A stretch of 64,000 nt of DNA from an uncultured Verrucomicrobiae bacterium (GCA_963765205.1 CAVXVB010000009.1:992001-1056000), one strand, 5' to 3'; positions 20,272 through 32,232 are shown, counted from the stretch's first letter. Made by a program: numbers and translations. The notes: generated by a model from the letters alone, not told the origin.

Positions 20272-20374
20272 GAAAGGATGAATTATGAAGGATGAAGGAA
20301 ATGATTATCAGTGTTGGATTTCTTGTTTAAGGTTGATTGCTTTTCATCCTTCATCCCTCAGCCTTCATCCTTTC
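20272..20374. repeat. Inverted heptamer-array pair (GGATGAA / TTCATCC) between sufS and sufU
   Basis: gaaaggatgaattatgaaggatgaagg ... ttcatccttcatccctcagccttcatcctttc. Confidence 0.75.
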
Positions 20375-21626
20375 ACGCAAAGAGCTTTCTAACTTTGACC
20401 AAAGCCGCGGCCAATCGGTCCGCCTCCGCGCGGGTGTTGTAAAAGGCAAACGAGGCCCGCGCGGTGCCGGGCAGGCCGAGGCGCTTCATCAGCGGCATGC
20501 AGCAGTGATGCCCGGCGCGGATGGCGATGCCTTCGTTGTCGAGCACTGTGCCGATGTCGTGCGGATGCACGTCGTCCATCACAAACGAGAGCACGCCGAC
20601 CTTTTCCGGCGCTTCGCCGATGACGCGCACGCCCCGCACGGCGGCCACAGCATCGGTTGCATAGGCCAGCAAGGCGCTTTCGTAGGCGGACAGTGCAGCA
20701 TGGTCGAATTTCGCCAGATACTGGATCGCGGCGGCCAAGCCGATGGCACCGCTGATGTCCGGCGTGCCGGCCTCGAAGCGTTCCGGCAGGCCGCGATAGG
20801 TTGTTTTCTCGAACGAGACGCGCTCGATCATGTCGCCGCCGCCTTGGTAGGGCGGCATTTTCTCCAACCGCGCGGCTTTGCCATAGAGCACGCCGATGCC
20901 GGTCGGCCCAAACACTTTGTGGCCGGAAAAGGCGTAAAAATCGCAGTCCAGCGCCTGCACGTCCACGCGCAGGTGCGCGGCCGATTGCGCGCCGTCCACC
21001 AGCGAGACCGCGCCGACGGCCCGCGCGCGCCGGATCAGTTCGCGCACGGGGTTGATCGTGCCCAGCGCATTCGAAACATGGGTGAGCGCCAGCAGCTTCA
21101 CGCGCGGCGTCAGCAATTTGTCAATGCCCGCCAAATCCAGTTCGCCGCGATCCGTCACCGGGATGACCTTGATCACCGCGCCGGTGGCCTCGGCGGCCAT
21201 CTGCCACGGCACGATGTTCGCATGGTGTTCCATGGCGGTGAGCAAAATCTCGTCGCCCGCGCGCAGGTTGGTGCGGCCCCAACTCGCGGCGACCAAGTTG
21301 ATGCCCTCGGTCGTGCCGCGCACAAAAATGCACTCGCGCGGCTCGGCGGCGTTGAGAAACTGGGCCACCGTGATGCGCGCGCGGTCGTAGGCGTCGGTCG
21401 CCTCGGCACTGAGGTAATGCACGCCGCGGTGGATGTTCGCGTTGGTCGCGGCGTAGTAATGGCTGACGGCATCCAGCACCGCCTGCGGCTTCTGTGCCGT
21501 GGCGGCATTGTCGAGGTAAACGAGCGCGTGCGCGCCAACCTGCGTGTCGAGAATGGGAAAATCCCCGCGCACAGCGGCAACGTCGAACGCCGGGACGGTC
21601 TTGGTTCTGGTGGCTGTCTTGGTCAT
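20373..21626 (-). CDS. sufS: Cysteine desulfurase, SufS type
   Basis: [43 protein letters not shown]. Confidence 0.96.
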   Translation of the reverse strand: MTKTATRTKTVPAFDVAAVRGDFPILDTQVGAHALVYLDNAATAQKPQAVLDAVSHYYAATNANIHRGVHYLSAEATDAYDRARITVAQFLNAAEPRECIFVRGTTEGINLVAASWGRTNLRAGDEILLTAMEHHANIVPWQMAAEATGAVIKVIPVTDRGELDLAGIDKLLTPRVKLLALTHVSNALGTINPVRELIRRARAVGAVSLVDGAQSAAHLRVDVQALDCDFYAFSGHKVFGPTGIGVLYGKAARLEKMPPYQGGGDMIERVSFEKTTYRGLPERFEAGTPDISGAIGLAAAIQYLAKFDHAALSAYESALLAYATDAVAAVRGVRVIGEAPEKVGVLSFVMDDVHPHDIGTVLDNEGIAIRAGHHCCMPLMKRLGLPGTARASFAFYNTRAEADRLAAALVKVRKLFA

Positions 21627-21681
21627 GGCCAAGCGGTAAAGTTAACGGGAAAAAACGCGCAGTGCAACAAGGATGCGCCCC

Positions 21682-23256
21682 TCACGCCCATTTGCGACGT
21701 TCGCGCAGCATGAGGTGGGCGACGTTGTGGCCGCTGGCGCCCCAGACGCCGCCGCCGGGGTGCGTGCTCGCACCCGTAAGGTAAAGCCCGCGAATACCCG
21801 GCACGCGGTGGGAGGAAAGCTCTGGCATGGGGCGAAAGGTAAACATCTGGTCAATGCTCATTTCGAGGTGCATCACGTTGCCGCGGTGCATGTCGTGGAG
21901 GCGTTCGATGGCGAGCGGCGTCTGAATATAACGGTCGAGCACCTTGGCCTGGGTGCCTGGCGCATAGGCCTCGACGGCCGCCAGCAGCTTGTCAGCCTCG
22001 CGCTCGGCGATGTCGTCCCACTTTTCGCCGTTGCGCAATTCGTAGGCGTGATACTGGCCCCAGACGAACATGACATGCCGGCCCGGCGGCGCGAGGGTGT
22101 CGTCCAGCGCGGAAAAGGTCATCACCAGCGGCACCGGCCGCGCGGGCGGGCGGCCCGCGGACCAGTCGCCGTAGGCGTCGGCCATGGCGGCGCGCGAGGG
22201 GCATAGCAATTGCAAGCCCTGGTGGCATTCGCCCACTCCGCGCGGGTCGAGCGACTGGCCGGGATACGCGGGCAGCCCGCTCATCGCGCAGCGCACAATC
22301 ATGCCGAAGCCGTTGCCCAGCCGCAATGTGGCCGAGCGTTCGCGCACGCGCGTGGGCAAATCGGTCGCATTGGCCAGCAATTTATCGAGCGTCGTTTTAA
22401 TATGGCACGCGGCGATGACGGCGCGCGCCTCGTAACGCCCGCCGTTTTCCAGCCGCACACCCCGCGCGCGCCCGCGACCATCTGTCTCAATGGCGGCCAC
22501 CGGAGCGTTTTCGAAAACCTCTCCGCCGTCGGCGAGAATGCGCTTTTTCAACGCCTGCGTGAGCGCACCGCTGCCACCGCGCGCGCGCTTCATGCCGCTG
22601 CGGTGATACATCGCGTGCCAGCCCGCAAAATCGCCGCTGGCCGCCTCGTTCGGAGGCGGGCCGGATTGGGCCGCCAGCCAGATGATGGCCGTGCGGAGCG
22701 ACTCGTGGGAAAACGTCTCCTCGACCAACTGGCCATAGGGCGCCAGGAGTAACCGGAGCATATTGGTGCGGTCGTGCCCGCGCAGTGTACGCCCGAAGAG
22801 CGAACGGACGAGATTCCACGGCGTCGGAGGGCGCAGGAACGCGGCGAACACGCCTTCATTCAATTCGCCCCAGGCCTCGCAAAATTTTTCATAGGCGTCG
22901 GCGTCGCGCGGGCTGATTTTGGCGATGCTGTCGCAGGTGCGCCGCACGTCGCGGTAAAAACTAATGCTCTCGTTTGTGCCTGCGATCGGATGCCAGGCCC
23001 ACGGATCCATCTCCAGGTATTCCAGGCCGAAGCGGGCCAGCTCCAAATCCGCCAGCACGGGCGTCTGGTGAATCATCACGTGCGCGGAGGAGCCAACGTC
23101 AATTTTGTAGCCCGGAATCAAGTCGTCCTGGGTGCAGACCGCGCCGCCGACGATATGACGGCGTTCAAATACGGCGACCTTGCAGCCCGCCTTCGCCAGA
23201 TAAGCGGCGGCAATCAGGCCATTGTGCCCCGATCCAACGACAGCCACGTCATACAT
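21682..23256 (-). CDS. Phytoene dehydrogenase-family FAD oxidoreductase, CrtO-like
   Basis: VVGSGHNGL Rossmann motif, FERRHIVGGA, WLAAQSGPPP, GGSGALT, GNVMHLEM, LYLTGASTHPGGGV. Confidence 0.85.
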   Translation of the reverse strand: MYDVAVVGSGHNGLIAAAYLAKAGCKVAVFERRHIVGGAVCTQDDLIPGYKIDVGSSAHVMIHQTPVLADLELARFGLEYLEMDPWAWHPIAGTNESISFYRDVRRTCDSIAKISPRDADAYEKFCEAWGELNEGVFAAFLRPPTPWNLVRSLFGRTLRGHDRTNMLRLLLAPYGQLVEETFSHESLRTAIIWLAAQSGPPPNEAASGDFAGWHAMYHRSGMKRARGGSGALTQALKKRILADGGEVFENAPVAAIETDGRGRARGVRLENGGRYEARAVIAACHIKTTLDKLLANATDLPTRVRERSATLRLGNGFGMIVRCAMSGLPAYPGQSLDPRGVGECHQGLQLLCPSRAAMADAYGDWSAGRPPARPVPLVMTFSALDDTLAPPGRHVMFVWGQYHAYELRNGEKWDDIAEREADKLLAAVEAYAPGTQAKVLDRYIQTPLAIERLHDMHRGNVMHLEMSIDQMFTFRPMPELSSHRVPGIRGLYLTGASTHPGGGVWGASGHNVAHLMLRERRKWA

Positions 23257-23264
23257 AAGGGGAA

Positions 23265-23387
23265 TCAACATCCAACATCGAACTTCGAACTTTCAACATC
23301 CAATGAAGAATAAAAGCCCGGCAGTAACTGGATTGCTTTTGCCTTAAATTGGATGTTCGATGTTGGGCGTTCGATGTTGGATGTTGA
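23265..23387. repeat. Inverted heptamer-array pair (AACATCC/AACATCG ... GATGTTG/GATGTTC)
   Basis: tcaacatccaacatcgaacttcgaactttcaacatccaa ... ttggatgttcgatgttgggcgttcgatgttggatgttga. Confidence 0.78.
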
Positions 23388-23393
23388 AGAATC

Positions 23394-24260
23394 TCAGATT
23401 CGCGTGCCGTCTTTTTTGACGAGACGCTTGAACGCGGCAGTGATTTTTTTCGTCGCCGGGCCGGGCTTGCCTGAACCGATGACGCGGCCGTCCATTTCAA
23501 TGACAGCGATCACTTCCGCGCCGGTGCCGGTGAGGAAGCATTCGTCAGCAATCCAAACGTCGTAGCGCGTGAGGTTCTTTTCCTCGACCGGCAGCTTCAG
23601 GCTCCGGGCCAGATCGAGCACCGCGCCGCGCGTGATGCCCGCGAGCGCGCCGGCAGAAAACGGCGGCGTGAGCAGCCGGCCCTTGTGGATGAGGAACAGG
23701 TTGTCGCCCGTGCATTCGGCGATGTAGCCCTGGTCGTTCAGCATCACCGCCTCGTGGAAGCCGAGGTTCTGCGCCTCGATTTTCGCCAGAATGTTGTTGA
23801 GGTAGTTGAGCGATTTGACCGTCGGCGGCAGCGCAGCGGGGTTGCAGCGGCGTGTCGGCACGGTAATGATCTTGAGGCCCTGCTCGTAAAACTCCGCCGG
23901 GTAAAGCTGGATTTTGTCCGCAATGATGATCAACTGCGGATTAGAACATGATTTGGGCGACAGGCCCAGGCTGCCCACGCCGCGTGTGACGACGAGACGG
24001 ATGTAGCCGTCTTTCAGCTTGTTCACGCAGCAGGCTTCGCAGGTGGCGGCGGAGATTTCCTTCCGCGTCCAAGGCAGTTGTAAGAGAAGGGCCTTGGCGG
24101 AATATTCGAGCCGTTCGAGGTGCTCCTCTAGCCGGAAAACGCAGCCGTCATAGAGGCGGATGCCCTCAAAGATGCCGTCGCCATAGAGCAGCCCATGGTC
24201 GAGCACGGACACCTTGGCGTCCGCCTGTTCGTAAAATTGGCCGTTGATGTAGACTTTCAT
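23394..24260 (-). CDS. ilvE: Branched-chain amino acid aminotransferase
   Basis: DHGLLYGDGIFEGIRLY, VKSLNYLNNILAK, ECTGDN, LAGITR, DECFLTGT. Confidence 0.95.
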   Translation of the reverse strand: MKVYINGQFYEQADAKVSVLDHGLLYGDGIFEGIRLYDGCVFRLEEHLERLEYSAKALLLQLPWTRKEISAATCEACCVNKLKDGYIRLVVTRGVGSLGLSPKSCSNPQLIIIADKIQLYPAEFYEQGLKIITVPTRRCNPAALPPTVKSLNYLNNILAKIEAQNLGFHEAVMLNDQGYIAECTGDNLFLIHKGRLLTPPFSAGALAGITRGAVLDLARSLKLPVEEKNLTRYDVWIADECFLTGTGAEVIAVIEMDGRVIGSGKPGPATKKITAAFKRLVKKDGTRI

Positions 24261-24330
24261 GGCGCGGAAATTGCCGACATTGGCACGTCGCAGCGGGCTT
24301 GTCGAGCCTCGGCGCAACGCGGCGAGAGCC

Positions 24331-25749
24331 TCAGCGCAAGGCATCGAGCAGCGCGGCCAGTTTCAAATCGGTCTCGGCTTTTTCGGCGGCGGGGGCGGAG
24401 CCTTCGACGATGCCGGCCCCGGCGAACAACCGCGCGCGGGGGCCGTCCATCAGCGCGGAGCGGATGGCGACGACGAACTCACCGTCGCCGGCCGGGTCAA
24501 ACCAGCCGACCGCGCCGGCATACAAGCCGCGGTCGAAGCGTTCGAGCCGCGCGATGTCGGGCTGGGCGGCGTGGCGCGGCTGGCCGCCGACGGCGGGCGT
24601 GGGGTGCAGGCTGGCCAGCACGTCCAGCAGATGCACGCCGTCGGGCAGGGTCGCGCTTACCGGCGAGCACAAATGCTGGACGTTGGGTAGCAACAACAGC
24701 CGGGCGTGCTCGGCGCGAATGGAGAACAAACCCAGTTCGCGCAGGCGTTTCACGATGGCCTCAACAACGACCTGGTGCTCGTGGAGCTCCTTGGCGCGAC
24801 CGAGCAAATCACGGCCCAGGCGCGTATCCTCGGTCGCCGTCGCGCCACGTGGCGCGGAACTGGCCAGGGCCTCGGTCAGCAATTCACGCCCGCGCACCCG
24901 CGCCAGCCTTTCAGGAGTAGCGCCGATGAAACTCTGGCCCCGGCCATTGGCGAGTGAAAACCCGAAACAGGCGGGAAACTTTTCGCGCAGGTGATTGAGC
25001 GCGTCGAGCGGCAGAAAGGGTGAGGATTGCGTAAGGTCCAACGCGCGGGCCAGCACGATTTTCCGATACACGCCGGCGCGGATGCGATTCAGCGCCTCGG
25101 CCACGGCGGCCTCGAACCAGCCCGCGCCGCCGGTTTCGCTAATTTGGGTAGGCTGCAACGGCTTGGCCGGCGCGGCGAGGGTGTGATAGGGAAACGCGGA
25201 AAATTTGGCATGGGCGGCTTGAACGCGCGCGGCCAATGCCGCCACGTCGGTGTCGGGCGCGACACGGACATTGGCGACTGCCACATAGCGGCCCAAGCTC
25301 GCGGCGACCTGCCATCGAGGCAAAAATACCGTGGCGGGCGCAAAGACTGCGCCGGGCGCGGCTTCCTCGGCAAACGCAAAGCCGGCGAAGAGGTGCGGTC
25401 CGGCGCGCGGGGTGTCGAGATCGCCAATGGTGATAAGGCGCGAGTCAAGCTCCCTGGCCCAATCGCGCACGCCGGCAAAGCGATTTGCCCCGGTAAAAGT
25501 GGCGGACTCGACGGCGTCCGCCCCGGCGATAGCCTCGCCTTCGGCGGGCTTTTCGAGGTAGAAATGCAATTCGTGCGGTTCGTAGATGGACTGCAAGACG
25601 GCCAGCGGGTCAATATGCGGGACTTCGAGCGAGATGTTGCCGAGGCGCGAGCGGCCGTCGCGCCGGGCTTCGTCGCGGCAAAAGTCGAGGAACCCGGCCA
25701 GGGCGGCCGGGTCCCGGCGGGGGAAACGCTCTTCCGGCACGCGGAGCAT
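24331..25749 (-). CDS. menF: Isochorismate synthase
   Basis: KIVLAR, FIGATPERL, KELHEH, NVQHL, LHPTPAVGG, DRGLYAG, FAGAGIV; menD/menB in the same window. Confidence 0.88.
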   Translation of the reverse strand: MLRVPEERFPRRDPAALAGFLDFCRDEARRDGRSRLGNISLEVPHIDPLAVLQSIYEPHELHFYLEKPAEGEAIAGADAVESATFTGANRFAGVRDWARELDSRLITIGDLDTPRAGPHLFAGFAFAEEAAPGAVFAPATVFLPRWQVAASLGRYVAVANVRVAPDTDVAALAARVQAAHAKFSAFPYHTLAAPAKPLQPTQISETGGAGWFEAAVAEALNRIRAGVYRKIVLARALDLTQSSPFLPLDALNHLREKFPACFGFSLANGRGQSFIGATPERLARVRGRELLTEALASSAPRGATATEDTRLGRDLLGRAKELHEHQVVVEAIVKRLRELGLFSIRAEHARLLLLPNVQHLCSPVSATLPDGVHLLDVLASLHPTPAVGGQPRHAAQPDIARLERFDRGLYAGAVGWFDPAGDGEFVVAIRSALMDGPRARLFAGAGIVEGSAPAAEKAETDLKLAALLDALR

Positions 25750-25758
25750 GGTTTTTTT

Positions 25759-25903
25759 TGACAGAATTAACAGAATTTACAGAATTATTATAAGAAATGA
25801 TTAAGTCGGCGAGTACCAGCACGGCGGGAGGCGCGGGGCACAGATGATGTTTCGGTTTAAGGGCCGATGGATTTAACCACGGAGAACACAGAGGACACGG
25901 AAG
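25759..25903. repeat. Two nonamer-period repeat tracts (ACAGAATTA x3; CACGGAGAA-like x3)
   Basis: gacagaattaacagaatttacagaatt and aaccacggagaacacagaggacacggaag between metG and menF. Confidence 0.6.
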
Positions 25904-25933
25904 GGAAATTGTTTTAGGTCTGGCCGTAGTTGA

Positions 25934-27502
25934 CTAAGCCCCCTTCTTTTCCGCTTCGAGTTTCGGAAAGAGAATGACTTTTTCGCCGAGGGGGGCGCCG
26001 GCGAGGGTCGCGCCCCAGGCGAGCTGGCCGTGCCAGAGTTCGACGGGCGGCTGGCCGAGCAGGGCGAGGATGCGCGCGGAAACTTCCGGCATGACCGGGG
26101 TGAGGGTCACGGCGGCGAGACGCACGGCTTCCGCCAGGTGCGCCAACGACGTGGCGAGGCGGGCCGGGTCGGCCGGACTGCCGGACTTGGCGAGCTTCCA
26201 CGGCGCGCGCACGTCCAGGTAGCGATTGATGCTTTTGACGAAGACATTGAGCTTTTCGAGCAGCAGGTGAAACTGAAAACCGTCGCAAAGCGGGTAAATT
26301 TCTGGCGTGAATTTTTCCCACTCGGCGCGCAAGGTCTGCTCAGGTTCCTCAGCAACCGTGGCCGCGGGCACGCGCCCGGCGGCATAGCGCGCGACCATAT
26401 TGAGCAGACGGGCGACGCAATTGCCGAGGTCGTCGGCCAGCTCGCTGTTGTAGCGGGCGGTGAACTGGTTGAGGGAAAAATCCGCGTCCTGCCCGACGGC
26501 CATTTCGCGGATGAGGAAATAGCGGAACGGGTCCGCGCCATGCGAGGCAATCAAATCGAGCGGGCTGAAGCGCTCTTCGCCCGCCGCCTTGGCTTTTTCG
26601 ATGTCGGTTTTCGATTCTTTTTTGCCGCCGCTGAACCACCAGCCATGCACGAGCAGGCGCTGCGGCAGGGGCAGGCCGAGGGCTTTGAGCATGATCGGCC
26701 AATAGACGGCGTGCGGCGGCACGAGGATGTCTTTGCCGATGACGTGCACGTCCGCGGGCCATCGTTCCTCGAACTCCGGCGTGCCGTAGCCGACGGCGGA
26801 AACGTAATTGACCAGCGCGTCGAACCAGACGTAGGTGACGTATTTTTCGTCGAAGGGCAGAGGGATGCCCCAGCCGAGGCGTTCGCGGGGGCGCGAGATA
26901 CAGAGGTCGTTGAGCGGCTCCTTGAGGAATTCGACGACTTGTTTTTGGCGGAAGGCGGGGAAAATCCAATCCGGGTGGTCGCGCAAAAAACCGTTCAGCC
27001 AGGCCCGGTGTGATTCGAGGGGGAAAAAATAGTTGGGTTCGACGACCTCGACGACTTCGCCGTAGATTTCCGGCCACTGGCCGTTGACCTTGTCTTTTTC
27101 GAGGAGGAACTGCTCCTGGCGCGCGCTGTAAAAGCCGCGGTATTCGCCGAGGTAAATCAAGCCCGCATCGAACAGTTTTTGCAGGATGGCGCGGACTACG
27201 TTTTTGTGGCGCGGCTCGGTGGTGCGGAGGTAGTCGTCGTTGGTGATGTGGAGGGTGCGGAGGAGGGTCTGGAACTCGAGGGCGACGGCGTCGCACAGGG
27301 CCTGGGGTTCGATGCCGCGCGCCTGGGCGGATTGCTGGACCTTCTGGCCGTGCTCATCGAGGCCGGTCAGGAAATGCACCGGCGCGCCCCGCAGCCGTTG
27401 AGTGCGCGCCACCACGTCGGCCAGCACTTTTTCATAGGCGTGGCCGAGGTGGGGCGAGCCATTGGCGTAATCAATGGCGGTGGTAATGTAAAAGGGCTTC
27501 AT
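25934..27502 (-). CDS. metG: Methionine--tRNA ligase (short form)
   Basis: FYITTAIDYANGSPHLGHAYE, TGLDEHGQK, YVWFDAL, IGKDI; KMSKS appears as KESKT. Confidence 0.96.
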   Translation of the reverse strand: MKPFYITTAIDYANGSPHLGHAYEKVLADVVARTQRLRGAPVHFLTGLDEHGQKVQQSAQARGIEPQALCDAVALEFQTLLRTLHITNDDYLRTTEPRHKNVVRAILQKLFDAGLIYLGEYRGFYSARQEQFLLEKDKVNGQWPEIYGEVVEVVEPNYFFPLESHRAWLNGFLRDHPDWIFPAFRQKQVVEFLKEPLNDLCISRPRERLGWGIPLPFDEKYVTYVWFDALVNYVSAVGYGTPEFEERWPADVHVIGKDILVPPHAVYWPIMLKALGLPLPQRLLVHGWWFSGGKKESKTDIEKAKAAGEERFSPLDLIASHGADPFRYFLIREMAVGQDADFSLNQFTARYNSELADDLGNCVARLLNMVARYAAGRVPAATVAEEPEQTLRAEWEKFTPEIYPLCDGFQFHLLLEKLNVFVKSINRYLDVRAPWKLAKSGSPADPARLATSLAHLAEAVRLAAVTLTPVMPEVSARILALLGQPPVELWHGQLAWGATLAGAPLGEKVILFPKLEAEKKGA

Positions 27503-27662
27503 GGTGGCGCGCCGGGGCGCGGGGAAACGGACAATAAAGCGCAAAAAAAGGCACGCGGCAAGCTCCACCATGCCGCCAGAGCCAAATGAGCGAAAGACCG
27601 ATTTTTCGGTTGCAGCCGGCGGGGCGGGCGTTTAGGTTGACCCTTTACACACTACTTTCGCC

Positions 27663-27821
27663 ATGTCCCAACATCCCAGCTTCCGCCTCGGCGTCGGCGC
27701 CTCCGGCAAGAAACGCAACGTACTCAAGCGCTTTGAACGCGTCGAGTTGATGAAGAAACGCGGCCAGTGGAAGGACGGCCGGCGCGTCATGGGGCTGCCG
27801 AAGACGCGGATCGGGGACTAG
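27663..27821 (+). CDS. PVC-superphylum small basic protein (52 aa; missed by ORF track)
   Basis: MSQHPSFRLGVGASGKKRNVLKRFERVELMKKRGQWKDGRRVMGLPKTRIGD; RNVLKR.ER and GLPK match the signature protein. Confidence 0.9.
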   Translation: MSQHPSFRLGVGASGKKRNVLKRFERVELMKKRGQWKDGRRVMGLPKTRIGD

Positions 27822-27834
27822 CAGAGGGAGGGCC

Positions 27835-27997
27835 CTGAAGCGACTGAGGTAGCTGAGGCGACTGAAGGGCCAAGGCAAATTGCTGACTTCTGAATACTGA
27901 TTGCTGAATACTCAAAAGCGCGATGGCACTTGGGTTCAGTTTAGACCATTTCCCAATGGGTTATGGATTGAATGGACGATATGGACTGAATGGACCA
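27835..27997. repeat. Cluster of short-period (7- and 9-mer) degenerate repeats
   Basis: gcgactgaggtagctgaggcgactgaag; ctgacttctgaatactgattgctgaatact; atggattgaatggacgatatggactgaatggac. Confidence 0.6.
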
Positions 27998-28108
27998 TGG
28001 GGAACGGCTTCTATAGAAGTCCAAGGGCCTCATGGAATTGTTTTTAGGCTGGATGAAAGCCAAATTCTTTAACGCTCCCCAGTCACAGTCGCCGAGTGCC
28101 CTGCCTGC

Positions 28109-30141
<2,033 letters not shown>

Positions 30142-30145
<4 letters not shown>

Positions 30146-31650
30146 AATTTGACGCTCAAACGGTTCATTATTTCGCAGGGTGGTGAATAAGTCAACCCTA
30201 GAGCGGCGTGGTTCGCCGACGTGAGGCGAAGGTCGTGCACCGGTGGCAAACCCGGCGTCCATAAGGGTTCATTTTGAGCATTACAGACAACGGGGAGGTG
30301 CGGTCGTTCCTTCGCAGGAATCTTTTTATCGGTAAACAAGTCCTGGAGCTTACGCCGGCCCGGCGCCCCCAGCGGACGGTAGCGGTCCCCGGGATGCCAG
30401 GAACGCACAAAAAGAACCAAGCCGGCCGATTTTTTCGGCAGTGCAAGATAGGCCTGGGTGGCGGGGTTGACCTGTCCCTCACGCAATTCCCTGAGCAGTT
30501 TCAGGTCCACAACCACGCGCCGCACGCACAATTGCGCGCCGTCGGGCAACTGCACCGCTTCCCCCGCAGTCAACCGGAACGGCCCCCAGGGTGTATTCGC
30601 GCCGGTTTCGCCGCCCATTAGCAAAAGTTTAACTTTATCCAGCACCATCCAGCGGCCCGGCCCAGCGCTCCAGCGGCCCGGCTGCGCGGCCAGCACGGCT
30701 TCGAGCAGGGTGTCGAAGGCCCGGGCGTTCAGGCTTTCCCGCGCTTCGTTGAGATAGAGCCACGAATGCAAGGCGCGCCGAACAATGGCGCGGGGCTGGC
30801 CGGCCATCCGCGCCAACGGCAAAGGCTCACCCACCGGCAAATCGCGCAAGAGGGCTTCGGTCAGGTTTTCGAGCGCCTCGGCGTCCTCTTCCAAGGCGGC
30901 CCGCGCGCGGGCCGCGCCGGCATTCAAATCACGGTTCGGCTCGGCCAACTGCCAAGCCGGCAGCACTTGGTGGCGGAGGCGGTTGCGCAGGTAATGTCCT
31001 TCGGCGTTGCTCGAATCCTCGCGCCAAACCGCGCCGGCTTTCCGCAAAGCCTCGCGCAATTCAGCACGTTCAAGATCAAGCAAGGGCCGCAACGGCACCA
31101 TACCATCGGGAAACTCGCGCACCGGCCGCGGGGCGCACAGGCCGCTGGCGCCAAAGCCGCGCGCGAGGCGCATCAACATGGTCTCGGCAATATCGTCGCG
31201 CTGGTGGCCGAAAAAGATGAGGCGGGCCTGATGCGCGGCCAGTTGTTCGCGGAAAAACTTCATGCGCGCCTCGCGCAACGCCGCCTCGTTGATCGCGCCG
31301 CCCGGCGCGCGCCGCGCGGTGGCAACGGACAGGCCCAGGGCCTTCGCCAGCTTCTGGACAAATTTGGCGTCGTCCGCTGAATCCGGCCGCAGGGCGTGGT
31401 CGAAGTGGAGCACTAGCATCTGCTTTCGCTTTTTCGGAAAATGCGCCCAGAGCAACAACAGCGACGCCACCGAGTCCGCCCCCCCGGAAACGGCGACTGC
31501 CCAAGTTTCGTTCTCGCGCGCGTGCTGCTCCAGCCACGTCCGCACCCGCGGATGGAGGCGCACGACGGGGAGGGCGGCACCGAGCCGGGCGGCGGCCACT
31601 CGCCATGGGCGTGTGCCGACTTTGGGGGAGACCTGATGGGGCGTGGACAT
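30142..31650 (-). CDS. tilS: tRNA(Ile)-lysidine synthetase
   Basis: AVSGGADS, HFDHALR, GHQRDDIAET, RPLL, REDSSN, RNRLR, C-terminal TilS_C (KKIPAKER); directly upstream of ftsH. Confidence 0.94.
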
Positions 31651-31673
31651 GGACGATTGAGCCGCTGCCGCCA

Positions 31674-32075
31674 TCAGCCTGGCCATTGACCAAAAGTAGC
31701 GCGACCCTTTTCCTTTTGCCGCCGTGCCCGCCGGGTGGATTGATCGCGCTCGAGTTTGGACTCTCCCGGCAACCGGCCCTGCTGCGCCGCCCTGCGACGA
31801 TAATTCAAAAAGATATGTTCGTGCCTGCCGATATCCGTCAGCCGAACTTCCTGGCCTACGCGCTTGTAGATTATAACGACATCATTATCCAAATGCGCAT
31901 CCCAGTATCCCTGCCATTCCCGGGTCGACAGATGCTCGTTCCATTCCGGCGGCAGACGATCATGCTCGTGCAACGCTTCCACAAACGCTTGAAAGTTCAC
32001 CTCAATCACCTCTCCAGAACCAAGCATCCGGGTAAAGGCGGCGTCAAACCGCCTTGTGATGGTGACGTTTTTCAT
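31674..32075 (-). CDS. RelE/YafQ-like type II toxin
   Basis: LPPEWNEH..TREWQGYWDAHLDNDVVIIYK..VRLTDIGRHEHIF resembles the YafQ family. Confidence 0.75.
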   Translation of the reverse strand: MKNVTITRRFDAAFTRMLGSGEVIEVNFQAFVEALHEHDRLPPEWNEHLSTREWQGYWDAHLDNDVVIIYKRVGQEVRLTDIGRHEHIFLNYRRRAAQQGRLPGESKLERDQSTRRARRQKEKGRATFGQWPG

Positions 32076-32232
32076 GGCGCGTAAGATGGGCCATCAAAGC
32101 TTCCACAGAATCAAAACTTTTCCATTTGGTCTTGGGATCTTCGGCCTCGCGCAGTATCGCAATCGTGCGCGGCGTCAGCCGGTAATCGGCTGCCGGAGGG
32201 CGTTTGGCCAGTTTGCGCGTCAACGTTTTCAC
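32044..32232 (-). CDS. Probable antitoxin (DinJ C-terminal-like)
   Basis: GTG start at 32232; TPRTIAILREAE..KSFDSVEALMAHL; overlaps the toxin start. Confidence 0.6.
   Translation of the reverse strand: MKTLTRKLAKRPPAADYRLTPRTIAILREAEDPKTKWKSFDSVEALMAHLTRHEKRHHHKAV

Noticed and set aside
27835..27997. Possible CRISPR array in the short-repeat tracts
   Set aside because: Periods are 7-9 nt with no unique spacers; no cas genes
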